64,000 nt of DNA, from positions 113,710-177,709 of the forward strand of contig JAWLBL010000001.1 of assembly GCA_041687695.1 (NCBI GenBank), given 5' to 3'. The stretch is from Myxococcota bacterium. GTDB taxonomy: Bacteria; Myxococcota_A; UBA9042; PHBI01; JAWLBL01. Positions 31,172 through 40,210 of this stretch are shown here, in pieces. A program made the translations under genes and the position numbers. Position 1 is the first letter of the stretch; each line of letters opens with the position of its first letter. A model generated the notes under the pieces. That model had not been told where the DNA came from. It was given only the letters and a program-made list of their open reading frames with translations, and made no database searches.

Positions 31172-31272
31172 GTTGGGTGGGTGGGGGTGGGGGGTGGTGG
31201 GGGGGGGGGGTGAGGTGGGGGGTTTGGGGGGCGAGGCGGCAGGGGGTGGGGGCGAGGCGGCAGGGGGTGGGC
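31172..31272. repeat. G-rich low-complexity tract with a long poly-G run and a short tandem duplication
   Basis: gggtgggtgggggtgggggg..., (gggggcgaggcggcaggggg) twice. Confidence 0.7.
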
Positions 31273-31430
31273 GAGGTGCGGTAGCCTTCGCTTCGGCCGG
31301 CCTCAAGGGCTTTGTCCCCCTTGGCCGTCCTGACGGCCGGCCAATTCCTCGCGGACGACAAAGCCCTTGACCCCGGCCTACGCTGCGGCTGGGGGGCTGA
31401 TATTGGCCCGGACGGGGGCGTCCGGGCCGC
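31273..31430. ncRNA. Conserved structured element (RNA or ssDNA), copy 1
   Basis: 14-bp stem tcaagggctttgtc/gacaaagcccttga (31303-31316 / 31357-31370) with nested and flanking stems; near-identical at 55086-55244. Confidence 0.5.
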
Positions 31431-31557
31431 GGGGCGGCCCGAGACCCGGACTGGGTCGTGGGGTGCCGGGGTGGGCGGCTGGTCGGAGGTCCATGGGCCG
31501 GTCGCGCATGGTGGGCGTTGGGTCGGCATGCGGGGCAGAATTAAACGATTGAGTGAT

Positions 31558-31876
31558 TAGTCGTCCCGGGGCAGTGGTCCAAGGGCGGGTCGCCGTCCCG
31601 GGGCGGGAGCCAGCGGGTCGTCGTCCCGGGGCGGGAGGTCCGGGGGCGGGTCGTCGTCCCGGGGCGGGAGGTCCGGGGGCGGGTCGTCGTCCCGGGGCGG
31701 GAGGTCCGGGGGCGGGTCGTCGTCCCGGGGCGGAAGCCAGCGCGTCGTCGTCCCGGGGCGGAAGCGCGTCGTCGTCCCGGGGCGGAAGCCAGCGCGTCGT
31801 CGTCCCGGGGCGGAAGCCAGCGCGTCGTCGTCCCGGGGCGGAACTCCCAGAGCGGGTCGCCGTCCCGGGGCGGAAG
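31558..31876 (+). repeat. Array of 11 copies of the 21-bp motif GTCGTCGTCCCGGGGCGG(A/G)AG with 3-12 bp linkers
   Basis: Counted directly; first copy is partial. Confidence 0.95.
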
Positions 31877-32133
31877 CGCGGGGCGGAAGCGCGGGGCGGA
31901 CGCGCGGGGCGGGGCCGAGTCGAGAAATCGACATCTGGATGGGGCGGGGAGGGAAATAGTTGTTGACGGATTTCAGGGGCGCTCTGCGGGCGATCGAGGG
32001 TCGGGGTCGAGGAGGGGCTGGAAGGGGCCTGGGAGGCTCTACAGCGCGCTGATCCGGGGGAAGGGTCGTCGCGAGTCGTCCGGAGGCGCTGAACGGGCGT
32101 CCAGGGGGCGCTACGAGGGAGAGGGGCCCCCCG

Positions 32134-32161
32134 TGCTATGCTCGTGGCCTCGATTGGGAGG
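32134..32161 (+). promoter_or_regulatory. Extended -10 (TGnTATGCT) and RBS of HNH gene 1
   Basis: TG-C-TATGCT at 32134-32142 and GGGAGG; conserved in copy 2. Confidence 0.5.
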
Positions 32162-32169
32162 GCTTCGGG

Positions 32170-33321
32170 ATGAGCAAGGGCTTGGAAGTGCTGAGGAAGT
32201 TGAGCGACGAGGGGCTGCTGGGGCGGGTCGGCGAGCTGGTCGACCTGGAGCGACGGACGACGGCCAATCTGGTGGTCTCGTTGGCCGAGGTCGAGGTGAG
32301 GGAGCTGCACCTGCGGGATGGGAGCCCGTCGCTGTTCACGTGGTGTCGCGAGCGGTGGGGCTTTGGTGAGGACAAGGCCTACAACTACGTGAAGGCCGTG
32401 GAGTGGGTGCGACGGTGGCCGGAGATGGGGGCCATGCTGGCCGACGGACGGCTGAGCTTGAGCGGGATGCGGGTGATCGGGCCGCATCTGGACGAGGGGA
32501 ACGTAGGCGAGCGGCTGGCCGAGGCCGCCGGCAAGAGCAAGCGCGAGCTGACGGAGCTGGTGGCCCGATGGTCGCCGCGGCCGGACGTGCCGGCGCGGCT
32601 GTTCAAGCTGCCGCCGTCCCGGGGCGGAGAGACCGGCGCGGCGAAGCGGGCGACCGCTGAGGAGGCGGACCAGGCGAACACGCTGTCGCTGGAGCGGCCG
32701 AAGGTGGAGCATCGGGTCGAGCCGCTCTCGGAGGCGCGGTATCGGGTGCAGGTGACGGTCGGAGCTCGGGTCGCCGCCAAGCTCGAGGAGGCGATGGCGA
32801 TCGCCGGGCATCAGGTCGCTTCCGGCGACTATGAGACGCTGCTGGAGATGGCGCTGGACGTCTTCCTGGCCGCCAAGAAGAAGCAGCGGTTCGGGGTGGG
32901 AGCCAGGCGGCGGACGAAGAAGGCCGTGGAGAAGGCGCCGAAGGGGGACGACGGGGTCGCCATGGCCGGCGAGTCGGTCGAGGAAGCGGCCGAGAGCGTG
33001 GCCGCGGCGGACGAACCGGCCGGGGCGGAGCCGGACGCGGCGGGGCCGGAGGTGAGAGACCGGAGCCGGGCCATTCCGGCCGAGGTCAAGCGGGCCGTGG
33101 TGGAGCGGGATGGCCTGAGGTGCACCTTCGAAGGCCCGGGGGGACGGTGCAGCGAGACGAGGCGGCTCGAGCTCCACCACGTCGAGGCGTTCGCGAGGGG
33201 CGGCCGGCACTCCGTCGACAACCTCCGCGTCGTCTGTCAGGCCCACAACCTGCTCATCGCCCGGCAGGAGCTGGGGGCCGACTACGTCGCGCGGAAGATC
33301 GGCCGGCGGGACGCGGCGTGA
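32170..33321 (+). CDS. HNH endonuclease with DUF222-like helical N-terminus, copy 1
   Basis: VKRAVVERDGLRC..C...LELHHVEAFARGG.HSVDNLRVVCQAHN; N-terminal LSDEGLL...LAEVE.RELH...SLF.WC. Confidence 0.9.
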   Translation: MSKGLEVLRKLSDEGLLGRVGELVDLERRTTANLVVSLAEVEVRELHLRDGSPSLFTWCRERWGFGEDKAYNYVKAVEWVRRWPEMGAMLADGRLSLSGMRVIGPHLDEGNVGERLAEAAGKSKRELTELVARWSPRPDVPARLFKLPPSRGGETGAAKRATAEEADQANTLSLERPKVEHRVEPLSEARYRVQVTVGARVAAKLEEAMAIAGHQVASGDYETLLEMALDVFLAAKKKQRFGVGARRRTKKAVEKAPKGDDGVAMAGESVEEAAESVAAADEPAGAEPDAAGPEVRDRSRAIPAEVKRAVVERDGLRCTFEGPGGRCSETRRLELHHVEAFARGGRHSVDNLRVVCQAHNLLIARQELGADYVARKIGRRDAA

Positions 33322-33377
33322 CCTTCCGCCCCGGGGCGGTGGGCTCGGTCTGCCCTCCCCTTTCAACGACAAGCGCT

Positions 33378-33517
33378 CGGCCACGGTCACGGCCACCGAA
33401 CCGGCCACGGCCACGGAACCGGCCACGGCCACGGAACTGGCCACGGCCACGAAACCGGCCACGGCCACGGTACCGGCCACGGCCACGGCCACGGAACCGG
33501 CCACGGTCTCGGCCACG
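33378..33517. repeat. Hexamer/18-mer tandem repeat (ggccac ggccac ggaacc)n
   Basis: Directly visible between the HNH gene and the convergent mlaC-like gene. Confidence 0.85.
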
Positions 33518-33543
33518 AAGGCGGACGCGTTCACGGCTACGGA

Positions 33544-34215
33544 TCAGCGCGTGGCGGGGCTCGGGATGCGGGCCAGCTCGGCCTCCAGGGCGGGGAGGCC
33601 CCCCTCCTTGTAGGCGCGGCCGAAGCGGGCGCGCCACAGGCGCATCAGGCTGGTGCCGTCGAGGAGGACGTCGCGGACGCGCCAGGAGTCCTGGGTGAGG
33701 CGGAGGTCGAGCGTCAGGGTGCGGGCGCGGCCGGTGGGACGGTGGTGGATGCGGACCTCGACCGCCGCGCGGGCGCAGTCGCCGGTCACGGAGACGACCT
33801 CGAGGGTCGAGCGGGTCGGGTCGCCGAGGCGGGCGCGGTAGTGGGTCTGGAGCAGGGCCGCCAGGGCCCGGGTCCAGCGGGCGCGGGCGGTCTCGTCGGC
33901 GGCGTCCCAGGCGGCGCGGAGGACGTCCTGGGCGAAGCCGGTGGTGTCGAAGCCCGCGCGGGACCAGGCGTCGAGGCCGCGGGCCAGCAGCTCGGCGCGG
34001 CGGGGGCCCGGCAGGGCGGCCTGGTGGACGGCGACGAGGCGGGCGAAGGCGTCTCGGACGGCCTGGGCGGCGGCGTCAGGGCCGGGGCACGGGGCGGTCG
34101 GGGTCGTTGAGGCGACCTGGGGCGGGGGCTCGGCGCGCGTGGGCGGGGCCGTGAGCGCGAGGAGGGCCGCGGCCGCGAGGACGTGCGACAGCTGGGCGGC
34201 GAGCGTGCGGCGCAT
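33544..34215 (-). CDS. MlaC/Ttg2D-like periplasmic lipid-binding protein
   Basis: Signal peptide; FD...AQDVL..AW and WRVRDVLLDGTSLMRLWRARF...GGL. Confidence 0.7.
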   Translation of the reverse strand: MRRTLAAQLSHVLAAAALLALTAPPTRAEPPPQVASTTPTAPCPGPDAAAQAVRDAFARLVAVHQAALPGPRRAELLARGLDAWSRAGFDTTGFAQDVLRAAWDAADETARARWTRALAALLQTHYRARLGDPTRSTLEVVSVTGDCARAAVEVRIHHRPTGRARTLTLDLRLTQDSWRVRDVLLDGTSLMRLWRARFGRAYKEGGLPALEAELARIPSPATR

Positions 34216-34455
34216 GGGGACCGGGGGGGCGGGGAGTGGAGGGGGTCGGCGGGGAGGCATAGCGGAGCCGAGAGGTCGGCGCAATCGGGACGTAACCGGC
34301 GTCGGAGTCGCGTGTAGGCTTGCAACGCGAGGGGGGGCGCGGGACTTCCGAGCGGGCGGGCGGCGTTGGTGGGGGCTCGACAGCGGCGGCTCGATGAGGC
34401 AGCGTCGCGAGACCGACGCCCGCCGTCTGTGGCCGTTTCCCACTCCACGAGGCCT

Positions 34456-37416
34456 ATGGCTATCGACAAACCGGGTGAGCGCCCCTCGAAGGGGGCCGAC
34501 GTCCCCGAGGTGCCCGAGGCGCCGCCCGCGCGGCCCGGGCCCGACGTGCCGGCGACCGGGCTCGAGCCGTCGCCCACACCGAGCCAGATGCTGGTCGTCG
34601 ACCGGCAGGCGCAGTGCGCGCCGCCGCCGTCGCTGTTCCGCGACGTCGAGGAGCGGCGGCTGCTCAACCCGAGCCAGATGCTGTCGCGGCCGAACCTGCT
34701 GACGCGCCTGTTCTCGCACGTCATGTTCAAGCGGGTGGCCTTCGACGACAAGCACGTCGCGACCATCCGGGACGCCGAGCGCGAGGGCAACGTGGTGTTC
34801 GCCATGAACCACCACAGCCTGCTCGACTACCTGTACTTCAACTACGCCTTCAAGCGCATCGGGCTGCCGCTGGTCTTCTTCGCCAACGAGATCGCCATGA
34901 CGGCCTTCCGGCCGCTGTGGCAGCTCGCCGGGCGCGGCCTGCGCCGGCTGTTCGGGCGCCTGAGCCGCCGCCTGCAGGACACCGAGCTGCTCGCCTACGG
35001 GCTCGAGCGCAAGCGCCCCGCCCTGGTCTTCCTCAAGCGCAGCTCGCTGTGGCCCTGGGCGACCAGCGGCAGCGCCGACAAGTACCTGAAGACCGTCCTG
35101 ACCGCCCAGCTCGACCGCATCCACGCTTGCGAGGGCACCGGCCGCCAGCCCATGCCCATCCGCGTCATCCCGCAGCTGCTCATCTGGTCGCAGGACCCCG
35201 ACCGCTACGGCCGCCGCCTGCGCGACCTCGTGTTCGGCAACCCCGAGGCGCCCAGCCCGCTGCGCAAGATGATCAGCTTCGTGCTCAACCGCCGGCGCGC
35301 CTTCGTGCAGGTCGGCAAGCCCATCGACCTGGTCGAGTTTCTGGGCGCGCAGCCGCCGGGCACCAACCTGGACGAGCTGGCGCGCAAGCTGCGCTTCGTC
35401 ATCCGGCAGGCGCTGACGCTCGAGGAGCGGGTCATCAAGGGCCCCATCCTCAAAGACGCCAAGCGCATCCGCGAGGAGATCCTGCGCACGCGCGAGATGC
35501 AGGCGGCCATCCAGCACATCGCCAAGGACACCGGCCGCACGGTCGAGCAGACCGAGAAGGAGATCGGCGGCTACCTGAAGGAGATGGCCGCCGACTTCAG
35601 CATCTCGTACATCGAGTTCATGTGCATGATGCTGACGGTGATCTTCGACCGCATCTACAGCGAGGTGGTCCCGGATCTGCAAGGCATCGACAAGGTGCGC
35701 GAGGCCGCGCGCAAGGCACCGCTCATCCTGCTGCCCTGCCACCGCAGCCACGTCGACTACCTGGTCATCAGCTACCTGTTCTACGCCAACGGCCTCATCC
35801 CGCCGCACATCGCCGCGGGCAACAACCTGAACTTCTTCCCGATGGGGCACATCTTCCGCCGCTCGGGGGCCTTCTTCATCCGGCGCACCTTCAAGGGCAA
35901 CCAGGGCTACACGGTCGCCTTCCGCGAGTACCTGCGAAAGCTCATCAAGGAAGGCTACTGGATCGAGTTCTTCATCGAGGGCGGGCGCTCGCGCACCGGC
36001 AAGATGCTGCCGCCCAAGTACGGCATGCTCGACAGCATCATCGAGGCCGTGCAGTCGGGCGCTGCGCCGGACGTGTACCTGGCCCCCGTGTATCTGGGCT
36101 ACGAGCAGATCATCGAGGAGCGCGCCTACACGCAGGAGCTGTCGGGCGCCGAGAAGAAGAAGGAGAACATCACGTCGCTGCTCAAGACGACCAAGGTGCT
36201 GTGGTCGCGCTACGGGCGGCTGTACGTGAACTTCGCCGAGCCGATGAGCATCCGCGAGCTGCTCGACCAGGCCGGCCTGCTCGCCGAGGACCACGGCCTG
36301 CCCGAGGGCGAGGCCCACGACCAGTTCGTGCGGCGCACGGCCTACCGCGTGCTGGCCGGCATCAACGACGTGGCGATGGTCACGCCGACGGCGGCGACCG
36401 CGATGGCCCTGCTGATGCACCCCAAGCGGGGCGTCAGCCGGCAGGTGCTGCTGGCGCGCGTCGGCTTCATCCTCGAGGTCGCCAGCCGCAAGCAGGCGCC
36501 GCTGTCCAAGACGCTCATCCACGCCCTGAAGATCCGCCGGCAGGAGGTCGCCGCCGCCGTCGAGGCCCTCGAGGCCGAGGGGCGCCGCCACCTGACGCTG
36601 GCGCTGGGCGAGGCCAGCCAGGTCGCCGCGGCGCGCGGTCAGGCGGTGGTCGAGGCGGTCGACGAGGCGCTGAGCCGCTTCATCCAGCAAAAGCACATCG
36701 AGCGGCACGTCTTCGACGACGAGGTCGTCTACACGCCGGTGCCCGACCAGCGCATCAACCTGGACTTCTACAAGAACAACATCGTCCACCTGTTCACGGC
36801 CGAGTCCATCTTCGCGGCGGCCTACTTCGGCGTCGCCAAGCGCGAGGCGGCGACCGTCGGGCGCGTGCGCGAGGCGGCGCGCTTTCTGTCGCGGACCTTC
36901 AAGCACGAGTTCGTCTACAACCCGGACCGCCCCTTCGACGTGCAGTTCGAGGCGACCCTGGACGAGTTCGTCGCGTCGGGCTTCCTGACGGTCGACGAGG
37001 TCGCCGAGGGTGAGGCCAGCTCCATGACCGGGGACGAGGCCATCCTGCGGGTCACCGAGGTGGCCGAGACCACGATGCGCCTGCTGCACCAGGTGCTCGA
37101 GCCGTGGCTCGAGGCGTACTGGCTGCTGGCGGTCGGCCTCGAGCAGCACCTGCTGCAGACCATGCCCGAGAAGGAGTTCGTCAAGCGGGTGCAGCGCATG
37201 GCGCGGCGGCTGTACCAGGAGGGCGACATCTCGTGCCCCGAGGCGTCGAGCTCGGTGACGTTCTCGCACGCCATCAACGCCTACGAGGAGATGGGCCTGG
37301 TCAAGCGGAGCCGCAAGGGCCGCGACAAGCTGCTGAGCCTGGACGCGCCGTCGGCCGAGCACCCCGAGACCATCCCGGCCCTGGCCGACCGCCTGCGGGA
37401 CTTCTTCAGCTACTGA
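34456..37416 (+). CDS. plsB: Glycerol-3-phosphate acyltransferase
   Basis: PCHRSHVDYL, AAGNNL, GAFFIRRTF, FFIEGGRSRTGK. Confidence 0.92.
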   Translation: MAIDKPGERPSKGADVPEVPEAPPARPGPDVPATGLEPSPTPSQMLVVDRQAQCAPPPSLFRDVEERRLLNPSQMLSRPNLLTRLFSHVMFKRVAFDDKHVATIRDAEREGNVVFAMNHHSLLDYLYFNYAFKRIGLPLVFFANEIAMTAFRPLWQLAGRGLRRLFGRLSRRLQDTELLAYGLERKRPALVFLKRSSLWPWATSGSADKYLKTVLTAQLDRIHACEGTGRQPMPIRVIPQLLIWSQDPDRYGRRLRDLVFGNPEAPSPLRKMISFVLNRRRAFVQVGKPIDLVEFLGAQPPGTNLDELARKLRFVIRQALTLEERVIKGPILKDAKRIREEILRTREMQAAIQHIAKDTGRTVEQTEKEIGGYLKEMAADFSISYIEFMCMMLTVIFDRIYSEVVPDLQGIDKVREAARKAPLILLPCHRSHVDYLVISYLFYANGLIPPHIAAGNNLNFFPMGHIFRRSGAFFIRRTFKGNQGYTVAFREYLRKLIKEGYWIEFFIEGGRSRTGKMLPPKYGMLDSIIEAVQSGAAPDVYLAPVYLGYEQIIEERAYTQELSGAEKKKENITSLLKTTKVLWSRYGRLYVNFAEPMSIRELLDQAGLLAEDHGLPEGEAHDQFVRRTAYRVLAGINDVAMVTPTAATAMALLMHPKRGVSRQVLLARVGFILEVASRKQAPLSKTLIHALKIRRQEVAAAVEALEAEGRRHLTLALGEASQVAAARGQAVVEAVDEALSRFIQQKHIERHVFDDEVVYTPVPDQRINLDFYKNNIVHLFTAESIFAAAYFGVAKREAATVGRVREAARFLSRTFKHEFVYNPDRPFDVQFEATLDEFVASGFLTVDEVAEGEASSMTGDEAILRVTEVAETTMRLLHQVLEPWLEAYWLLAVGLEQHLLQTMPEKEFVKRVQRMARRLYQEGDISCPEASSSVTFSHAINAYEEMGLVKRSRKGRDKLLSLDAPSAEHPETIPALADRLRDFFSY

Positions 37417-40133
37417 CGGTGCGGCGCGGGGGTGTCGAGCACCTCGCGCACCTTTCGGATGAGCGCGTTCATCGTGAAGGGCTTGCCGATGAAGGCGGTG
37501 CCCGGCTCGAGCACGCCGCGGTGCACGATGGCGTCGTCGGTGTAGCCCGACATGAACAGGACGCGCATGGCCGGGCGCAGGACGGCCACGCGGTCGGCCA
37601 GCTCGCGGCCGCTCATCTGCGGCATCACCACGTCGGTCACCAGCAGATCGATGTGCGGCGCCCCGCGCTCGAACATCAGCAGGGCCTCGCTGCCGTTGTG
37701 GGCCTCGAGCACCTTGTAGCCCTGCCGCTTGAGCGCGCGCACGGCCAGGTTGCGCACCTGGGGCTCGTCCTCGACGACCAGCACCGTCTCCTCGCCGGTC
37801 GGCAGGTACAGGTACTCGGAGCTCTCCCGCACCACCTCGGGCTGCCCCTTGGCGCGCGGCAGCCAGATGACGAACTCGGTCCCCTCGCCCCGGCGGCTCG
37901 CGGCCGTGATGTAGCCGTCGTTCTGCTTGACGATGCCGTAGCAGGTGGCCAGCCCCAGGCCCGTCCCCTTGCCCTTCTCCTTGGTCGTGTAGAAGGGCTC
38001 GAACAGGTGGGACATGACCTCCTCGTCCATGCCGTGCCCGGTGTCGCGCACGACCAGCTGGGTGTACTCGCCGGCGCTCATGAAGTAGTGCTGCGCCAGC
38101 TCTTCGGGGCCGACCACGACGTTGCGCGTCTCGATGGTCAGCGTGCCGCCCTGTTGCATCGCGTCACGCGCGTTGACGACCAGGTTCAGCAGCACCTGCT
38201 CGAACTGCCCCGGGTCGATGTGCGCGGGCCACAGCCGCGAGGCGGTCAGGGTGACGACCTCGATGTCCTCGCCGACCAGGCGCCGGATCATCTTGTCCAT
38301 CTCGAGCACGAGATCGTTCAAGCTCGTCACGCGCGGCTCGATGATCTGCTTGCGCGAAAAGGCCAGCAGCTGCTTGGTCAGGTTGGCGGCGCGCTCGGCG
38401 GCGGCCAGCACCTCGCCCATGTCCTCGTGGGCCGGGCTGTCGGACGGCAGGGCCTCGAGCACGAAGGCGCCGAAGCCGCGGATGGCCGTCAGCAGGTTGT
38501 TGAAGTCGTGCGCGACGCCGCCCGCGAGGCGTCCGATGGCCTCCATCTTCTGGGCCATGCGCAGGGCCTGCTCGCTGCGCAGGAGCTTGTCCTCGGCCTG
38601 CCGCTGCGCCGTCATGTCGCGCGCGTAGACGATGCGCGCCGGCCGCCCGCGGTAGCGGTAGGGCTTGCTCGTCAGCTCGACGTGCACCAGCCCGCCGTCC
38701 TTGCGCCGGCCGACCACCTCGGCCTGGTGGGCGCCGCCCGCGGCCTCGAGCCGCGAGGAGGCCCCGGGGGTCGCCTCGGTGACGAGCGAGGCCAGCCCGC
38801 GTCCGAGCAGCTCGTGGCGCTCGTAGGCGAACAGGCGCGTCAGGGCCTCGTTGGCGTCCACGATGACGCCGTCGCGCGTGACGGCGATGCCCTCGCGCGA
38901 GGCGTTGAAGAGATCGCGGAAGCTCTCGGCGACCTCGCGCAGCGCGTCGTCCGAGACCTTGCGCTCGGTCACGTCGCGGATGACGACGAAGACCTCGTCG
39001 GCCGACACGGCCTGAAAGCGCGCCTCGAAGTAGCGGCGGGGCGGCGTCGGCGCGAGATCGGCGCCCGACCGGGATCGCTGCCAGCCACGCCCGCGGCCGT
39101 CGGCGGGGAGGTCGGCGCGCGATCCGGTGCGCTCGGGGCGCGGCTCGGGGCGCGGGGGATCGAGGCTGAAGTCGACGGAGACGAGGCCGCCCGCGGTGAG
39201 CGCCTGCTCTAGGGCGGTCATCATGCGGTCGGCGATCTCGGCGGGGAGCGCGTCGCGCAGGGTCTGCCCGTCGCCGCCGCGGCCGGGGCCCAGCTCGGTG
39301 CGGCGCTCGGCGTGGGTGCTGAGGATGACGCCGTCGCGGCGGATGCGGAAGTACTGGTCGGGGAAGGCGCGCGCGATGGCCTGCAGGGCGCTGGTCGTGC
39401 GCTCGAGGGCGGCCTGGCTGGCGCGGCGCTCGGTGATGTCGTGCAGCGAGGCGAGCCAGGCCTGGGTGTCGCCCCAGGGGATGCGCGTGGTGTGCAGCTC
39501 GGCCGAGACGTTGCGGCCGTCGCGCTGCAGCGTCACCTCGCGCGGGCGGGACAGATCGAGCGGCCAGTCGAAGCGGGCGCCGACGAGGCCGCCGGGCGGA
39601 GCGCCGAGGAGCCGCTCGGCGGCGGGGTTCGAGAAGATGATGCGCCGCTGGGCGTCGACCACCAGCATGGCCTCGGCGGTGGCCTCGACGAGGGTGGCGT
39701 AGCGGCGGGCCAGCTCCTTGCCCTGGACGCTGGCGGGCGGCTCGGCGCGGTGCACGGTGGCGCTGGCGGCGCGGGCGACCGCCTGCTCGAGCTGCGCGGT
39801 GCTGAGGTCGCTGCTGCGGAGCACCACGTCGCCGCCACGGGTGACCTGCCTGGGGTCCAGGCCGGTGGGGCAGATGGTGACCAGCGGCAGCGGCCCGAGG
39901 TCGGCCAACCGGCTCAGCTCGCGCGACGCCTTGGACGCGTTGGCCGGCAGGCCCAGCACCACGACGTCCACGTCCTCGTGCTGACCCCACCGCGCGAGCA
40001 GATCGCTGACCCGCGTGAGGTGCGTCAGGCGCACGCGCGGTGAATGGCAGCGCGCAAGGAGCCCCAGGAGGCGCTCCGCCTGCTCGCCCGGCTCCTGCAC
40101 CAGCAGGACATGTTTCGTCTGGCGTGACGTCAA
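37410..40133 (-). CDS. Hybrid PAS sensor kinase/response regulator (CckA-like) with degenerate N-terminal receiver
   Basis: GRLAGGVAHDFNNLL, NARDAM, GTGLGL, C-terminal receiver LLVTDVVMP; start uncertain. Confidence 0.9.
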   Translation of the reverse strand: MTSRQTKHVLLVQEPGEQAERLLGLLARCHSPRVRLTHLTRVSDLLARWGQHEDVDVVVLGLPANASKASRELSRLADLGPLPLVTICPTGLDPRQVTRGGDVVLRSSDLSTAQLEQAVARAASATVHRAEPPASVQGKELARRYATLVEATAEAMLVVDAQRRIIFSNPAAERLLGAPPGGLVGARFDWPLDLSRPREVTLQRDGRNVSAELHTTRIPWGDTQAWLASLHDITERRASQAALERTTSALQAIARAFPDQYFRIRRDGVILSTHAERRTELGPGRGGDGQTLRDALPAEIADRMMTALEQALTAGGLVSVDFSLDPPRPEPRPERTGSRADLPADGRGRGWQRSRSGADLAPTPPRRYFEARFQAVSADEVFVVIRDVTERKVSDDALREVAESFRDLFNASREGIAVTRDGVIVDANEALTRLFAYERHELLGRGLASLVTEATPGASSRLEAAGGAHQAEVVGRRKDGGLVHVELTSKPYRYRGRPARIVYARDMTAQRQAEDKLLRSEQALRMAQKMEAIGRLAGGVAHDFNNLLTAIRGFGAFVLEALPSDSPAHEDMGEVLAAAERAANLTKQLLAFSRKQIIEPRVTSLNDLVLEMDKMIRRLVGEDIEVVTLTASRLWPAHIDPGQFEQVLLNLVVNARDAMQQGGTLTIETRNVVVGPEELAQHYFMSAGEYTQLVVRDTGHGMDEEVMSHLFEPFYTTKEKGKGTGLGLATCYGIVKQNDGYITAASRRGEGTEFVIWLPRAKGQPEVVRESSEYLYLPTGEETVLVVEDEPQVRNLAVRALKRQGYKVLEAHNGSEALLMFERGAPHIDLLVTDVVMPQMSGRELADRVAVLRPAMRVLFMSGYTDDAIVHRGVLEPGTAFIGKPFTMNALIRKVREVLDTPAPHRQ

Positions 40134-40210
40134 TCGGCCACCGCGGTCCGGTTGCGGACCGAACCAGCGTACCACGAGGCGACGGGCGTGAGTAGCCTAA
40201 CCAACGGGAT

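Larger units (their letters stand above)
31273..33339 (+). mobile_element. Putative HNH-encoding repeated element, copy 1
   Basis: Same modular order and clear similarity to 55086-57322; the two flanking contexts are unrelated. Confidence 0.6.

Noticed and set aside
31558..31876. Arrays here and at 55372-55823 as CRISPR arrays
   Set aside because: Intervening sequences are only 3-12 bp and recur; no cas genes in the window.
32170..33321. HNH proteins as IscB/Cas9, TIGR-Tas or group II intron proteins
   Set aside because: No PLMP or split RuvC motifs, no Nop domain and no RT (YADD) motif are visible.
33544..37362. 1272-aa minus-strand ORF and similar long ORFs (4170-7619, 27814-31149, 60587-63703, 18076-22320)
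   Set aside because: Shadow or off-frame ORFs of real high-GC genes; only the 3' part of 33544-37362 (mlaC-like) looks genuine.
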